Assembly: GCA_051294905.1 (NCBI GenBank)
Contig: CM119372.1
Span: 27,840,001-27,904,000, forward strand
Length of the DNA: 64,000 nt
Reading direction: 5' to 3'
Source: Botryllus schlosseri
Lineage: Eukaryota
The translations under genes and the position numbers were made by a program. The notes under the pieces are model-generated. The model did not search any database and had not been told where the DNA came from. It worked only from the letters and a program-made list of their open reading frames with translations. Below, piece by piece: positions 47,947-61,000 of the stretch (positions within the stretch are counted from its first letter, which is position 1; every line of letters begins with the position of its first letter).

Positions 47947-48600
47947 ATGACGATTGATTTGTTGATGACTCTCACTTTACCAAACGATATGACATCGAAC
48001 AGCGTCAGCAGTATGCAAGTCGGATCAACTTCAAATTTTCACGTCGGCGTCAAATTCGTTTCATCACCCAAAAGAGGCGGCGTTTGTCAATATCTCAAAG
48101 GTATATTCATCGACGGTAATAATGAAGAGATATCTTTCACGTGTTTCAATCGTGAATTGTTCGGGGTCATTGAGAAAGCATTCAACAAACGAAAAAAACT
48201 TATGGTCAAATCCGGTTGGGTCCAAATTGACAAATTTACTGGAAAACCTGCTGTATTACTGGGACGGGCTTCGTCAGTAACCCTACATGGAAAATCGAGA
48301 CATACGACTGAAGAATACCCATTATTGACCTGTGAATTGGTATACGGGCATAAAGCTGAATACGTGTCGATCGCCGCTACGTGTGTTTCTCGAGAGGAGA
48401 AGATGGTCAATTCTGGTACCGGAAAGGAGTTGAAATTATATAGTTTTACATTGAAGGATGATACTGGTGAGGTGGTTTTGGATCAATGGAACAAAGCCTC
48501 ACTCGTACCCGGGAAGAAATATCAACTCACTCGTGTTAAAAACTGTGTCGACAGATTGAGAATCGATCAGTTAACTAGACTTGTTGAATTGAAAGAATAG
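47947..48600 (+). CDS. Putative tandem OB-fold ssDNA-binding protein (RPA-like); true start may be a downstream ATG
   Basis: Two repeats: GIFIDGNNEEISFTCFN and FTLKDDTGEVVLDQWN..LVPGKKYQL. Confidence 0.65.
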   Translation: MTIDLLMTLTLPNDMTSNSVSSMQVGSTSNFHVGVKFVSSPKRGGVCQYLKGIFIDGNNEEISFTCFNRELFGVIEKAFNKRKKLMVKSGWVQIDKFTGKPAVLLGRASSVTLHGKSRHTTEEYPLLTCELVYGHKAEYVSIAATCVSREEKMVNSGTGKELKLYSFTLKDDTGEVVLDQWNKASLVPGKKYQLTRVKNCVDRLRIDQLTRLVELKE

Positions 48601-48738
48601 TTTGCGTATTTGTACCCTGTAATACAATATTTCCATTCACAAGAAATGTTTGACCTATGTGATTCGACAACTGGGTTAGCGCGGTGTTGTTCTACTACTC
48701 AAGGTGCGAAAATTGCGCTATCGCGGTGAAGTCGAGAC

Positions 48739-49298
48739 TGTGAACAGCAGACTATTTTGTAGGTGCGAAACAGCGGTATACAAGGTGCGAATAATCCGAT
48801 CTGAAAGTCAGCGCGCCATTCAGGTTACGTAGGAATCAATAGCGAGGAAAGACTTAGAACACGATCGGTCATTTGTCACGACTAAACTACATCATATATA
48901 ATAATTTACGATATACACATTAACAAAGGTTCATTCACATGACTATTTCCTTGATACATATTCAACACCGTGCGAGAGATGCCTGAAAGGGCGATTCACG
49001 GCCGCACCCATAACAACACATGGCGAGTCACCAGAGACCGCGTAAGAATACACGACAGGCGAATCACCGCCACCGCCTATAGCAAAAAAGGCGAGTCACG
49101 ACCCCGAGTTTTCACGGCGAATCACCGACGCAGCCTATACCTGAAAGGGCGAATCACGGCCGCACCCATAAGACACAATGGCGACTCACCACCCCCGCCA
49201 TAAGAGAAAAAGGCGAGTCACCACCCCCGGTTTTCAGGCGAGTCACCACCCCGCCCATAAGAACCAATGGCACACCACGAGCGATCATAACTACTACT
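48739..49298 (-). repeat. Polinton right TIR
   Basis: Reverse complement of 33469-34028, ending CTACTACT. Confidence 0.95.
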
Positions 49299-52047
49299 TA
49301 CGTATTGGGGTATTAAACTACTTCTACTTGACAAACTGAAAATAGCGAAAAGTAAGTAAGTACATCACAAAATATTACGAAGTAGAAGTAGAGAAAATCA
49401 GATCTACTTGAGTAATTACCAGAAGTAGAGGAAAACTACTTGAGTACTTCGAAAAAGTAGAAGTACTTCGTTACTGACCACCTCTGCATATTTCGAAGCT
49501 ACAGTTGTATGATTCAACCGTGACCAAAAGAGTTACAGCAATGTCAGTCGATCTTTTATCGCATGTTCTGAAGCACGTTGCCGCGTAGATTACTTTAGCC
49601 TAGCATTGGACGAATTCACCGACTCCACAGACATAGCTAATTATCTGGGTGCATTTTATCAGAGTGGACATATTTGCAGAGGAAATGCTGGCTGCGCAAA
49701 CGTGGGAGGGTGACCAGCGAAAAACATCAACTTGACAAAGCTAACTTATGTAATGTAACTAATGGTGCAGGGCCCCTGTCAAAGAATGAAAGGAGAAGTG
49801 TTGATCGGTTTGCTCAGAAATGACCCCGAACGCCAGACTTCTTTTATTACTGAGAGCTCAATGTGATAATGGCCTCTGTAACGAAAAAGTGACCGTAATT
49901 TTATACTTGCTCGCTCACGCTTTGAAGCAGATAGTTCGGTTCTGTGGTGGAAGGGTTCAAAGGCCCGCAGCGTCTTTTGCTGTTAAAATGCGGCCCGTTA
50001 TACAAGGGAAGTTGAGAACTCCTGCCCTAATATCAGCATATCCACTAAGCAACATTTATTTGAAGTTCATTCGTAAGTTACATACCTTTTGTGACGTCAT
50101 AAGAAAATGGTTCTCATTTAAACGTTGGTAATAGACTTATATTGGTTCCTTCACTTCTTTAACTTTAGAAATGAAATTAATACGCTGGAGAATACCACTA
50201 AAATTTTTGACTCGGCCCGCCAACGTATTTCCTGCTTCTCATTTGGCCCGCGGAGAGAAATAATAATTGTCCATCCCTGGTCAAGAGCGACCACACTCAA
50301 AATTAACCTAATCAATAATATAGATTACCAAGTATTTCGCACTATTGGAAATTATTATTATTCGGCTTCTTAGACACCGTTAATTTGAGTAATATTAGTT
50401 GTAATGGTGCATTCGTAAATGATGACACCTTTAACCTCATCAGCGATTAGTTGGTGGGTGAAATCCGGCTTTAAAATAAACTGATCTGAAAGTCTTGCCC
50501 TGGTACAGAATAACAAGTTTCGCGAGACCGAATGAGAAAGGGACCACGAAAATATTTCCACGTGGTACTGGGACTGCATTGAAAAGTTTCCCTTTTCTGG
50601 CCTCGACACCAATGAAAACCAGCGCAAGCATAACCTACAGCGTTTATTACACTACATATTAATCGGTACTGTAAAATGGCGAACGTCGATAGGTAAACGT
50701 GCTGTACGTACAAAACAACATGGAAAAGGTAACACTACTGCAAATATGAAGCATTTTTACAGCCTAGACTTGATATGTACCGGATACAAGAGCTATAAGA
50801 AATTGCAATGAAGTTAAGAAAACTGGCGCCATCGACCAGAACAGGTGGGTAGATACAATCACTAAAAGCAGTGTACGTGGCAACTGGTCATTCTGTGACA
50901 GCAATAATTTCAATTTTCTACTTATAAAATGCACACTGCAACTGATATTTAGGAATATTTCAGATTGACAGGTATTTCAACAGCAAAATACCATTTCACT
51001 GTATGCGACGGAAATTGATAGGCACAGAATTCGACTTCAACAGTCCGGATTGGATATCCGAGTCACATTTTAATCAGATTGATCCTTGCAATTTCTGGGA
51101 GACCTGTTTTGGGCGTACGAATCTGGATGATCCGAATCTTCGTCGGTACTGCTTTTGTGATTTACTAGATACGGATATGGTTGTGATACATAACGTTCCA
51201 TAGTCGTAATGGTAGGCACACACTAGGTTGCGAATGAGCTAGGTAGTGAGAATATATGTGACATGTACGTTATTGCATAACTTCTACTATTTGGCGTGCT
51301 AAATATATGCGAACATAATTACGAAAATAGAAGAGCATTGATATTGGAAGCGTAGTCTTTTGGCAATTAATCATACAAAGACTTAATCATAAAATGAAAG
51401 TTGATAGTCAGACTCTACAATTCCTACAATTACATTCGAGGTCACAGTACACGGATTCAACATCTGATTTCACTATTGACATTAAGACAAAATGAAGGTT
51501 TTTGAAGAGGTTCAAAAGTGTTGCGGCATTGATTTGCTGCAAATGAACTCGAATAGATAGTTATGCCTGTGCAAAATAGATAAAATCTTTTGGACGGATT
51601 ACTTCACGGCATAATTCGGATAATATTGACGGAATAAAGCTTGGAGTCGAATTGACTAGGGCTGCGATAAGACGAAATCTGGAGATTTGGAATTGCTTTT
51701 TTGCGGGATTGAAATCACTGGCAGTTGTCGAAAAATGGTTGACAAAGATGTAAAATAGATGGGTATCGTCATAAATTTAGATTTTTGGAATATTGGGAAA
51801 AACTGAAGCTCATATAAAGAGGTTGGACGTGCTCATAAATTTGAACCTTAGAATTAATTCAACAATTAATAAAAGTATGGTATGAGTAATAGTGGATAAT
51901 GTATACTGCATTTAGTCTGAGTGTGAAGAATGAGTTGAGAAATATAACAAACTACCGAAATACTACAAATAAGCTATACGGCAAACTACAGTCGAGATAA
52001 GATCTTTGGTAGATTAGATAACAGGTAATGAGCGTAGAGAGGTAAGA

Positions 52048-55000
52048 TTAGGACTTGTAATGGAGGGGGTTTAGGACTTTTCCGCCGTACCGTTGCCCGT
52101 AAACGACCGGGTCCTCGTCAGTGCTTCGAAGTTTTATGCCATTTTCGGCCAAAACTTTTCGCAGCCTCGTAATTTCTTGTTTATACCTGAAAAAGTATAA
52201 GTAACTAAGTTTTCGAGCAGCGCGGGTGAAACGTTTCAATCAAATTGAGCGTAATTTGGTTATCAAATAACACTGGTCAACACATATTTTTAGGCAGACA
52301 AAGTAAGAGTGGTTTGGGGGGTTCTGGAGGGCACTAATTCCGAATATGACCTTAGTTTTTTTCAAATTGGCTTTTGTTTTGGAGATGACCCATGGGGCTA
52401 TTTTGACCAAAATCTCCCATTTTCGCCGTAGTGGCTAGATAGAAAATCGGCTCAGTCGTACTATAAAGTTAATAAAATCAATGTACTTGTTATTTTTACA
52501 CACAGAAGACTCTTTTAAATCAAAATACAGCAACAGCGCTGTATTTAAGGGTATTAGATTTATCATAGTTATGGACTTCCACGGATATCATATACATATA
52601 AAAACCAGGGATATCTAGAAACTAGATATCCCTGATATAAACTCCAGTCATGTATATAAGTATTTACCTAGATACTCAAATAACGTGGCATTAATTCAAT
52701 CAGTTTCAGGTCAACCACCTATTGTAAATTTGAAATAATCAGTTGGAATATAATATTATTCATTCATTTTAAAGCACAATTGTTTTTTGTACGATTTTCG
52801 CTTTTAAGCAATTTAGCGCAGTTTCTCGAAAGGTTCCAGCAATGGTCTGCCATAATATGTTCATTTCATCTGCCGTAATATCTTTCTTGAGTTGTTTTGA
52901 TGTCTTGGTGGAACCTCTCCCCTTGCTAATCAACAAGATCAGCAGGAAATATATCAAGATGACTGAAAAGGAAGTGAATGTTTAAGCTCATGTTTGTTCC
53001 AAGTTTTCCATATAAAGATACGAATTTTCGGACGTAGTTGGGTGCTTTGTGATCATCTAAAAAGTTTAATTACTACATCTTAGGATAAATTCCATGCAGT
53101 GAACTGCTTCCTAATATGAAATTGGAATTTTTCATATGTATTTGAATCTGAAATCCATCAAACATGCCAAATTTAAGCTTCTCGTTTGATAGGGATACTA
53201 TAGGTATACCCACTTTGTGTACTCAGCGGAAAATTATCCAATTACAAGTCAAAAGAAATGAGACGAATATGAGTATTGTAGTTAAGCTTTTCAAGGACAA
53301 ATTTTATAGCTTTATACTCCTCTTTTATCTTGGTAAAATGACCAATCGATACAGGAGAAGATGTATTTCCATAGTGCAAAAGCACAAATTTTAGGCTTGA
53401 CAAACTGCTTTTTTGACAACCAAATATTTCGCACCAGTTCCTGTTAATATCGATAGAATGACTGAGAACGACATGGGTTCTTCATAGTCAATTAACTATT
53501 TATGTGCAGTATAAGATTAGAAAAAAGTACGATTTTCTTCCTATCAAGTGAAACATTCCAGGGTAAATACAGTAATTTTGGTGTTTTCAAGGGGTATAAA
53601 TATTTTCTGAACAAGAGCCAATCTGGCCAAACCAATGTCATACTCGTAATCAGCAGCATAGAAAACCCCAGAAACGGCTCTCAGATGTTCTGCCAAAATT
53701 TTTTTTATCATTTTGTTGACCAGTGTAAGTGATGCCAAATAGCCATTACGATTTTTGTAAGTGCAGTTCCAGATTGGAGTTTTTCCGCCTATTTCTTCAA
53801 TATCAATTTTCAAGACTCAAATTTGACAAAAGTCCCGTTCAACATTGAGACATCATCAGCCCACCGGGGTTAGTGGCAGAGGCATCTATTTTGGGATTAC
53901 GAATTTTTTCACGATCCATAAGATTGAAATTGCGACATACAACATGCACACAGATGCAAGAGATGAGTCACAGAAAAAAGAAGCTAGAATACTTTTGTAA
54001 GGTATGAGGCATGGAAAACAGACTTTTTGAAAGTGCATCAATTCTGAACAACCCTAACATGGGTACTAATAAGGGTTCGCAGTATTTCATGGGGAATTAG
54101 CAATATTGACTATAGATAACCAAAACTGTCCATTATTCTGCACTTCCAATCTACCTCGCCAAGTGCGTGTTGATGTATTCCTGCTGTTCCACGATCTGCT
54201 GTTCGGCAACCGTGGCTCTAGTCAGCAACTCGGCCCGTTCTTTCTCCGAGCCCACCTATATATGGTAACGAAATATCATAAGAACTTTGAATTTTTTATC
54301 CTTCGCCTACTTGGAATGAAGTATGTAGCATACTATTGACATGGATAAACAATCTGATGCTAAGGCGAGTTCAGATTGATAACAGATGACGCATTGTGTG
54401 TCTTGTATATAGCATTGTACATTGCGCGTGTGTGTGTTGGGCAGATGGAAATAGAATCTGACGATTATTATTATATTATTATTATTATTATCCACACCCC
54501 AACAAGAATATTTACCTGATTCGGCTTTGAGTAATCTGGGATAGTGCCGATTCCGGGCAAAGACTTGCCAGGCAGAATGTCACGGAGAGAATTTGGCGGC
54601 CTGAAAAATTCATTAAACACTCACAAATTTGTAGGTATAATTCCGTTCCAACTGTATTTTACCAAAAGTATTTCGGTAAAAAAACAATGATATTTCAAAC
54701 AAATCTTAACTTAGCTCGTACCATTTTCTTGTCATCGGGGGGCATGATTGCAGAGCAGAAATCATTCATTTGGATGAATTTTGATGGATAGGAACGATTT
54801 TGCGGTCTGGTGATATTGCCAATCGGATACTCGTAAGATCACTTGATATAAATACGCAGCGTACAAGCACTACTATTTTTGGGAGCAGTCGAATAGGTTA
54901 TGCGTACTTGCACCACTTTGTAAAGTGACTTTAGATTACTATACTTGAACGGTTTTTAGGCAAGACTGCTTACTTTTGGCGATTTGAATTTTGAAAATAG

Positions 55001-58000
55001 GAAATAGTTTTGGAATAAGCTTGCATCACATTTAAAAGTTGAATCAGAGGTTCCTAAACTCTTTTGACTCATCGCCCCTCATAAAGCTCAATTAATCTTC
55101 ATCACCTCTCTTAAGACTAGAGGTCATCAGAAACCCGATCCTTCTACTTTTCTGTAGTATTAACCCGATCCTTCTACTTTTCTGTAGTATTAAAGGTCAT
55201 ATCCACTTACTCAAGTACTTTTGCGTCCATACTACTTCCATTTCAACAGCTTTAATATTTTATATTTTACAGGTACACTTCGAATGATAACGAAAAAATT
55301 GCTTCCAGACTCAAAAATTTGGACACCTAATTTCTGAACAGAGTCGTCAGGAATTATATGTTAGCCATGTGTTTATCCAATCAAAATGTTCAGTGCGCGA
55401 TTGGTTTTCATCGTATAGCGATCTTTGGCAGTGCCCTATTCCTCCGGTCATGACAGAATTACAGAAATATTCTTCCTAATTCTGCCGGAGATCAGTAGCC
55501 AGATCCGATGCCGTGGACTGAACGAAACAAGGTGCACAATCTACAAAGAAAGTTTAAAGGTCATTTCCGAACTGAACGCAGGATTTCGATTCAAATCACG
55601 TATGAGAGATAGAGTCTTTCGGGTTCTCTCGGTTGTAGGATCGCCACGGCATCTCAGCGTCATAACAGTATGAAAGATATGGAAAGTTCTAATATGTAGG
55701 CTACATTTTATGCCACGTCAAAGAATATAATGCCCATTGCATACCAGGTGATTTGTGAATTTGTAATCCATGTTTACTTTGCCATGATACCACCAATTAG
55801 GTTTTACGGTACCAGAGTGGTAAACACTTTCGAAACTACGATTTTCATTGTTACATTAACTGTTGGTAGCATGCAATGTATAATTTCGGTGCTCGAAGAA
55901 ATCATTAAAATCATGCTCGAATTCAGATTCGAGTACTTCAATCATTGCGTCCAGACCTACCATTGACCCCGGCTTGAGCCCTGAGCTGGTTTCCATCGAA
56001 GCCAGATAAGCACATAAAACACATGCACATAAAACGGTACGAAAAAATGTGCGTATCACTCACGGGAATTTGTCTCTGCCCTTCAACCGTTCAAGTTCCA
56101 GCCTTGCAGATTTCAGGTCGGCCTTGGTTCTGCTCAGCGACTGTCGGATTTGATTGAGTTCCACGGAAAGCGCCGACTGCAATTCCTTCTCGTCGATGAC
56201 CAACGTCGCTTCGTCCGGACCGAGTTCGATCGGATACTGGACCATCGGCACGATTTTAGCCCCGGCGAATTCAAAGGTTTCGCTTTGCTTGTCGGTGGCG
56301 ATCTTGATGTTTTCCAGCTGTTCGCGGAGCGATCTATAAATGCAGCAGCGTTTTTCAATACGCACTTACCAGAATATTTTTCGCTGACACTCGTCTAGGG
56401 GGTAATCGTCATCGACTAGTAAACAATTGTAAAGAACATTGTATGTCATGGTGGAGTCATATTTGATGATATGATTATTGACAGGCAATGTCTTTTTCAA
56501 TTCTCTGCTAGTTGCTGACGATTACCCCTGATGAGAGTCAGCCGAAAATATTCGGGTTTATTTCAATATGGAATAAGCATTCAATTGTACACTGAAGTTC
56601 TGTACCTCCGTGAGTCTTTTCAAATATCAGTATCATACCTCTGACTATTTTTATCGATTTAAGACACAAGAATTGGAATGACAAATAGCCCGCAGAATAA
56701 TCAAAAATAGGGCGAGCAATGTAGAAACGTGGGCTGTAAATAATCAGTCTGGCAATCTCAATGTTGCATTGAAAGTGAAAGTCCCACCAAATCGTAAACG
56801 GATAAAAAGAAGATTTTCCCCCGCTTTCCCTGAAACTGTCTGAAATCTCAAGTCCTGATCCCAATCCCGGCTAGCGAAAATCGTCAGGAGGGCTACAGCC
56901 CAGCCTTTCTGGCTCCACTTTACCGAATTACGAACCCCACCCAACCGTGATAGGCCACTAACAATTTAGATTTGGAAGATATCACACAAACTAAGGTTCA
57001 CCTGTACGATATCAACAGCTTGTCATGTCTGGCCATGACAGTTTTTGCCAGTTTCCTATTGTTTCTTGCCGTGTTACTGAGTTGTTCTTCACGAGAGCGG
57101 AAAGCAGTTCTCATTTCCTACAGAAATAAATTTTGGTAAAGGTCGCTGGGTTGCTCCGTGCCTATTACGAACTGTAGAAATAATTCATTCTTTTAATTTC
57201 TCTCGCCAACTAAATTAGATATTCGGAAGATTAGCAGATACTGATCATAATTTCACGACATTATTCTCTCTCTTCACACATATGCCAGATATTGGCAGAT
57301 CAGCTTATAGCGATTGAAATTTCAGAACCTGTACTTGGTACTCTCTCTTTTCTCTCTATACATTTACTAGATTTGCAAGAGAAAATATTGGTTAAGAAAT
57401 TCATTATTTAAATTCATAATCATGTATTATTTACTCATTTTCTATTTATTGATAATATACCATTTTGGGTCATATGAGAGTTTGTTAAGAGCATAATGTA
57501 GTACATAAGTACTAAGTACATAAGTACAACTACATTTTCCAACTAACAACGTATAGGGTCTCGACAAGCCATATCCGGTTATCATCATTCCTAGCTTGGT
57601 AACCTACCTTCATCATGCCGTCAATGTATTTCTTCATGGATTCCCGTGTCCTAGAAGTCTTTTCGCCCTTATTCTCATCCATGAATTCCTGACAATAACA
57701 AATCAACTATCAATGAAGATTGCGAAAGTGCTAACGACGTTTACAGCAAGCTGAATTGGTTTCCAAGATTCACGTGAATGATACCTCTGTGGCAGAGACG
57801 AAAACCGAATCGGATTTGTCAAAAAGGATTCAGAGATTTTTCCGAATTGGGATTTCAGAAAATAATTGTCATGCAGCCTTTCCAAGATTTGAGATGGTAC
57901 CAGATTTAGACTTAAATATGGGCATGGTGCTTTCTTTTCAAAGAGCTTCTTGGAGGTACAGAACTTCAATATACAATTGGATAGTAGGATCCCTATTGAA

Positions 58001-61000
58001 ACAAATGCGAATATTTTCGGCTGACACTCATCAAGTAGAGAATTGGAAAGAACATTGTATATCAACAATCGTATCACAAAATATCACGTCACTGGCGTAA
58101 AATTTCAAATCAAAATTGGACCGAAAAGAGCGCAGAAAGCTCAATGTACCATTTTTAGATGGTATATTCAGATGGTGGCATTGGCCAATTATCAACTAGT
58201 TGCTGACAATGACCCCTGACGAGTGTCAGCCGAAAATATTGGGGTTCATTTCGAGATGAATATAGGCTACTATTCAATATCTTATTTTTATTTTTCAATT
58301 AATTCCAATAAAACCAGTTAGTATAGAGATAGTGCAGTTAATAATAGGCGGGCGTGATCGGACCAGTTGACCTCAAAAGGTCGTATCAACCCTCCCCGTA
58401 TCTGATACAGAATAGTGTGTTGGCCTTTCTCTGTATTACTACGGCTTCCGAGTGTTGGTTAGTATTTCAGTTATATGTAAGTAAAGCTCCCTATCACTCT
58501 GATGCGAAATGATGACAGGATTTGGAATTGGACTTGAAAGTCACGAGATGGAATTGAAAAGATGTGATCTGCTCAATCCCTGTGATAGTGCACGGCAGAG
58601 ACATATCATTCAGCATTGAATGCAAAATTATTAGCGATTATTACATTATAGAAAGTGGTCCGTGACTGAACACAAGGTTAACAAATTCCACCAATCCTAT
58701 ACACTGGGGTCGACAACATCCATCCACGATATCGTCAAAATGCGCCTCACCGCAATGTCTTGAACGTATTTCCACATTCGCTTCCTGTAATCTTGATTTG
58801 ACTCCTTGATTTGCTGTTGCAGCTGAATGTTCTCTTCTTTCGCCCGTTTATAGCCGTCCTGCGCCGTGGTCAGAGCCTATACAAGGGAGAAACATGTTAG
58901 AAGCAGTAGAAACTTTTACCGCGGCTAACATCGCTTTGTCGTTATATGCTGAACGGAATGAGAGCTCATCTGTATCACCAATATTTCAAGTTTGGATCGG
59001 GGATTTCAATTGAGTGCCACATAATTCAAGTCGAGGTCGGTCTACCTCATTCGAGTGACGCTTTATTTGAGTTGCAAATGACAATGGTTTTCATTTGATC
59101 GACAGATAATGCTCAAACTCACATAGCATCTGTTTCGTTTGAGTGACCAATGCAAATTGAGGTCAGGTCAAAGGTGAGATTAGGAAATAGACACATTGAT
59201 TCAAATAGAATGTTGGAATGTGCAATCAAAACGACTTCATTTCCTTTCCCGATTCACTCAAGAAACACTGTCCCGTCCCTTGAATGTTTTGCCACAGTAT
59301 ATTGCAACACCTGGTGGTGATGTATAAATGAAAAAATGATCATAGTATTATTATTAATATTATATACACTTCTCCTTACAGCAGTCTGTTCCGCGCTTTT
59401 TTTGTTGGCAGCCTTAATAGTTTCGTAAGCCGCCGCCAGCTGACTACGTAGTTGAATGAGGCTTCGTTCCAAATTCTTTGTCTGCTCGTCATAGACCGAT
59501 TTCATGTTCTTGACGACGTCATCGTCTGCGGTGAGTAGCTTGTAATTCGCGAGAAGCTGCAATAAAGAAGTACCGAGATTTCCATCGGTAAGTCGCAGAA
59601 ATTTGCAGTAGCGCTTATGACTTCATGCCCAGAAGTAAAAGATGGGAGCTTTATTGAACAGACTTGTCAACACGGTTTTTGCGGCAGATCGTTTACGGGC
59701 AGACTTGGACAACTAGACAATATCCAAGCAAAGTTTTTGGAGTACAAAATTTAGGATTTGGGAAAAATAGTATTTACGTTGACAAATTCTTGATTATTTA
59801 TCATAGATCTACCTACCCACCGAAAATACCATGATTTGAAATCTCAAATTTTGAACATCAATAACTTTGTTTCTACTAGTTCGAATTGAGTCGAATTCGT
59901 TACGCATCATTTTTTCATGCAATCTAACAATTGCACAGGGTAGCCAGTTAAATTTGAAAAAACAATATATATTTAATTTTATTAAATAAATCCTAAACTT
60001 TTTCTCTTATAGCAATGCCAATATAGGTTGGAATTGAGCCAAAATTGTTGTGCCTCAAACAATCTAGTGACAGTTCTCCATCACATTTAAGATTATTTGG
60101 TATTATTTTGACCGCGCGTATTTCATTGCAGCTTGTGACAATGCTGTGGGTTAATCACGACTTCACAGATATTTCATTTTCATTAACGGGCGTTGCTTTG
60201 TCCACATGTTCTGCACGCTGCGATAGGACCAATCGTGGTTTCAAGGGTGAAACTATAGTTTGAGTTTGTAAATTAAGTCAAGGTAACAAGGGGCGTGTCA
60301 TTTCATTACTCAATAAAATCCTCTCTCAGAACTCGGCTCAAATCATTAGAAATACTACTGGATTCATATTCGAGTACTCAAATCATTATGCCCAGCGCTA
60401 ACAATGACTCGAGTCTGAGTCGAGTCATTTTCGATGTTTCAGAAAATAACTTGTGTCAAGTTTAGTCACTGAAATATTGCGACCAGAGTTGGACTCGGGC
60501 CGAGTCACTAAAACCTTCTTCGCTAGCCACCAGTTCTCACATCGTTCCGAGTGTCGACCGGCGCCTGCGTCGACCTTTGACCCATCTCTTTCACTGTACC
60601 CCCGTGTCTCTGCTCCCTCATGTGCCTGACTTCGGTGGCCACGTCCTTTTCCGGTTCCTGTTCCCGGGCCTTTTCCAAATGCTTCGTCGTCTCCGGGTCT
60701 GCCAGCAGGGTCCTGGCCCTTTCCAGCTCTTGGATGGCGGCGTCTTCCACTTCCCGTTGCTTGTCCACGTTGTGACGCAGGTCCAGCAGGGCGGCCTCGG
60801 TGTCGATGAGCTTGGCCAGCTCGGTGCGCATGTCGTTGTTTCTTTTCGTCTGGCGATAACGGAAGAAATTGTGAAAATTACAGAAATATTTGCTTATATA
60901 ACACGTATTGTCACTATCTAAGCTGGCTTGTGTTCAAATTAGAGACTGTCATCCTAGCATGACAAAAGAAATAACTAGGGAAAGCCAAAATATTACACCG

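Larger units (their letters stand above)
33469..49298 (-). mobile_element. Full-length Polinton/Maverick (adintovirus-like endogenous virus)
   Basis: 560-bp TIRs beginning AGTAGTAG; TSD TACGTA at 33463-33468 and 49299-49304; uninterrupted pPolB, ATPase, integrase, MCP, mCP and protease ORFs. Confidence 0.97.
31410..49486 (+). mobile_element. Non-autonomous hAT-type element hosting the Polinton
   Basis: TIRs CAGAGGTGGTCA / TGACCACCTCTG; perfect TSD CATATTTC at 31402-31409 and 49487-49494. Confidence 0.88.
30676..50024 (+). mobile_element. Degenerate hAT (SPIN/Charlie-like) transposon; outermost element of the nest
   Basis: TIRs CAGGGGTTCTCAAC / GTTGAGAACTCCTG; perfect TSD CCCTAATA; transposase remnant WNNEFAF..GKPMCHICRKTV continues as LQLYDSTVTKRV after 49494; partial paralog at about 29770-30470. 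Confidence 0.85.

Noticed and set aside
48321..48340. LLTCEL as an Rb-binding LxCxE motif
   Set aside because: Spacing is LxCE, not LxCxE, and it lies in the linker of a predicted OB-fold protein.
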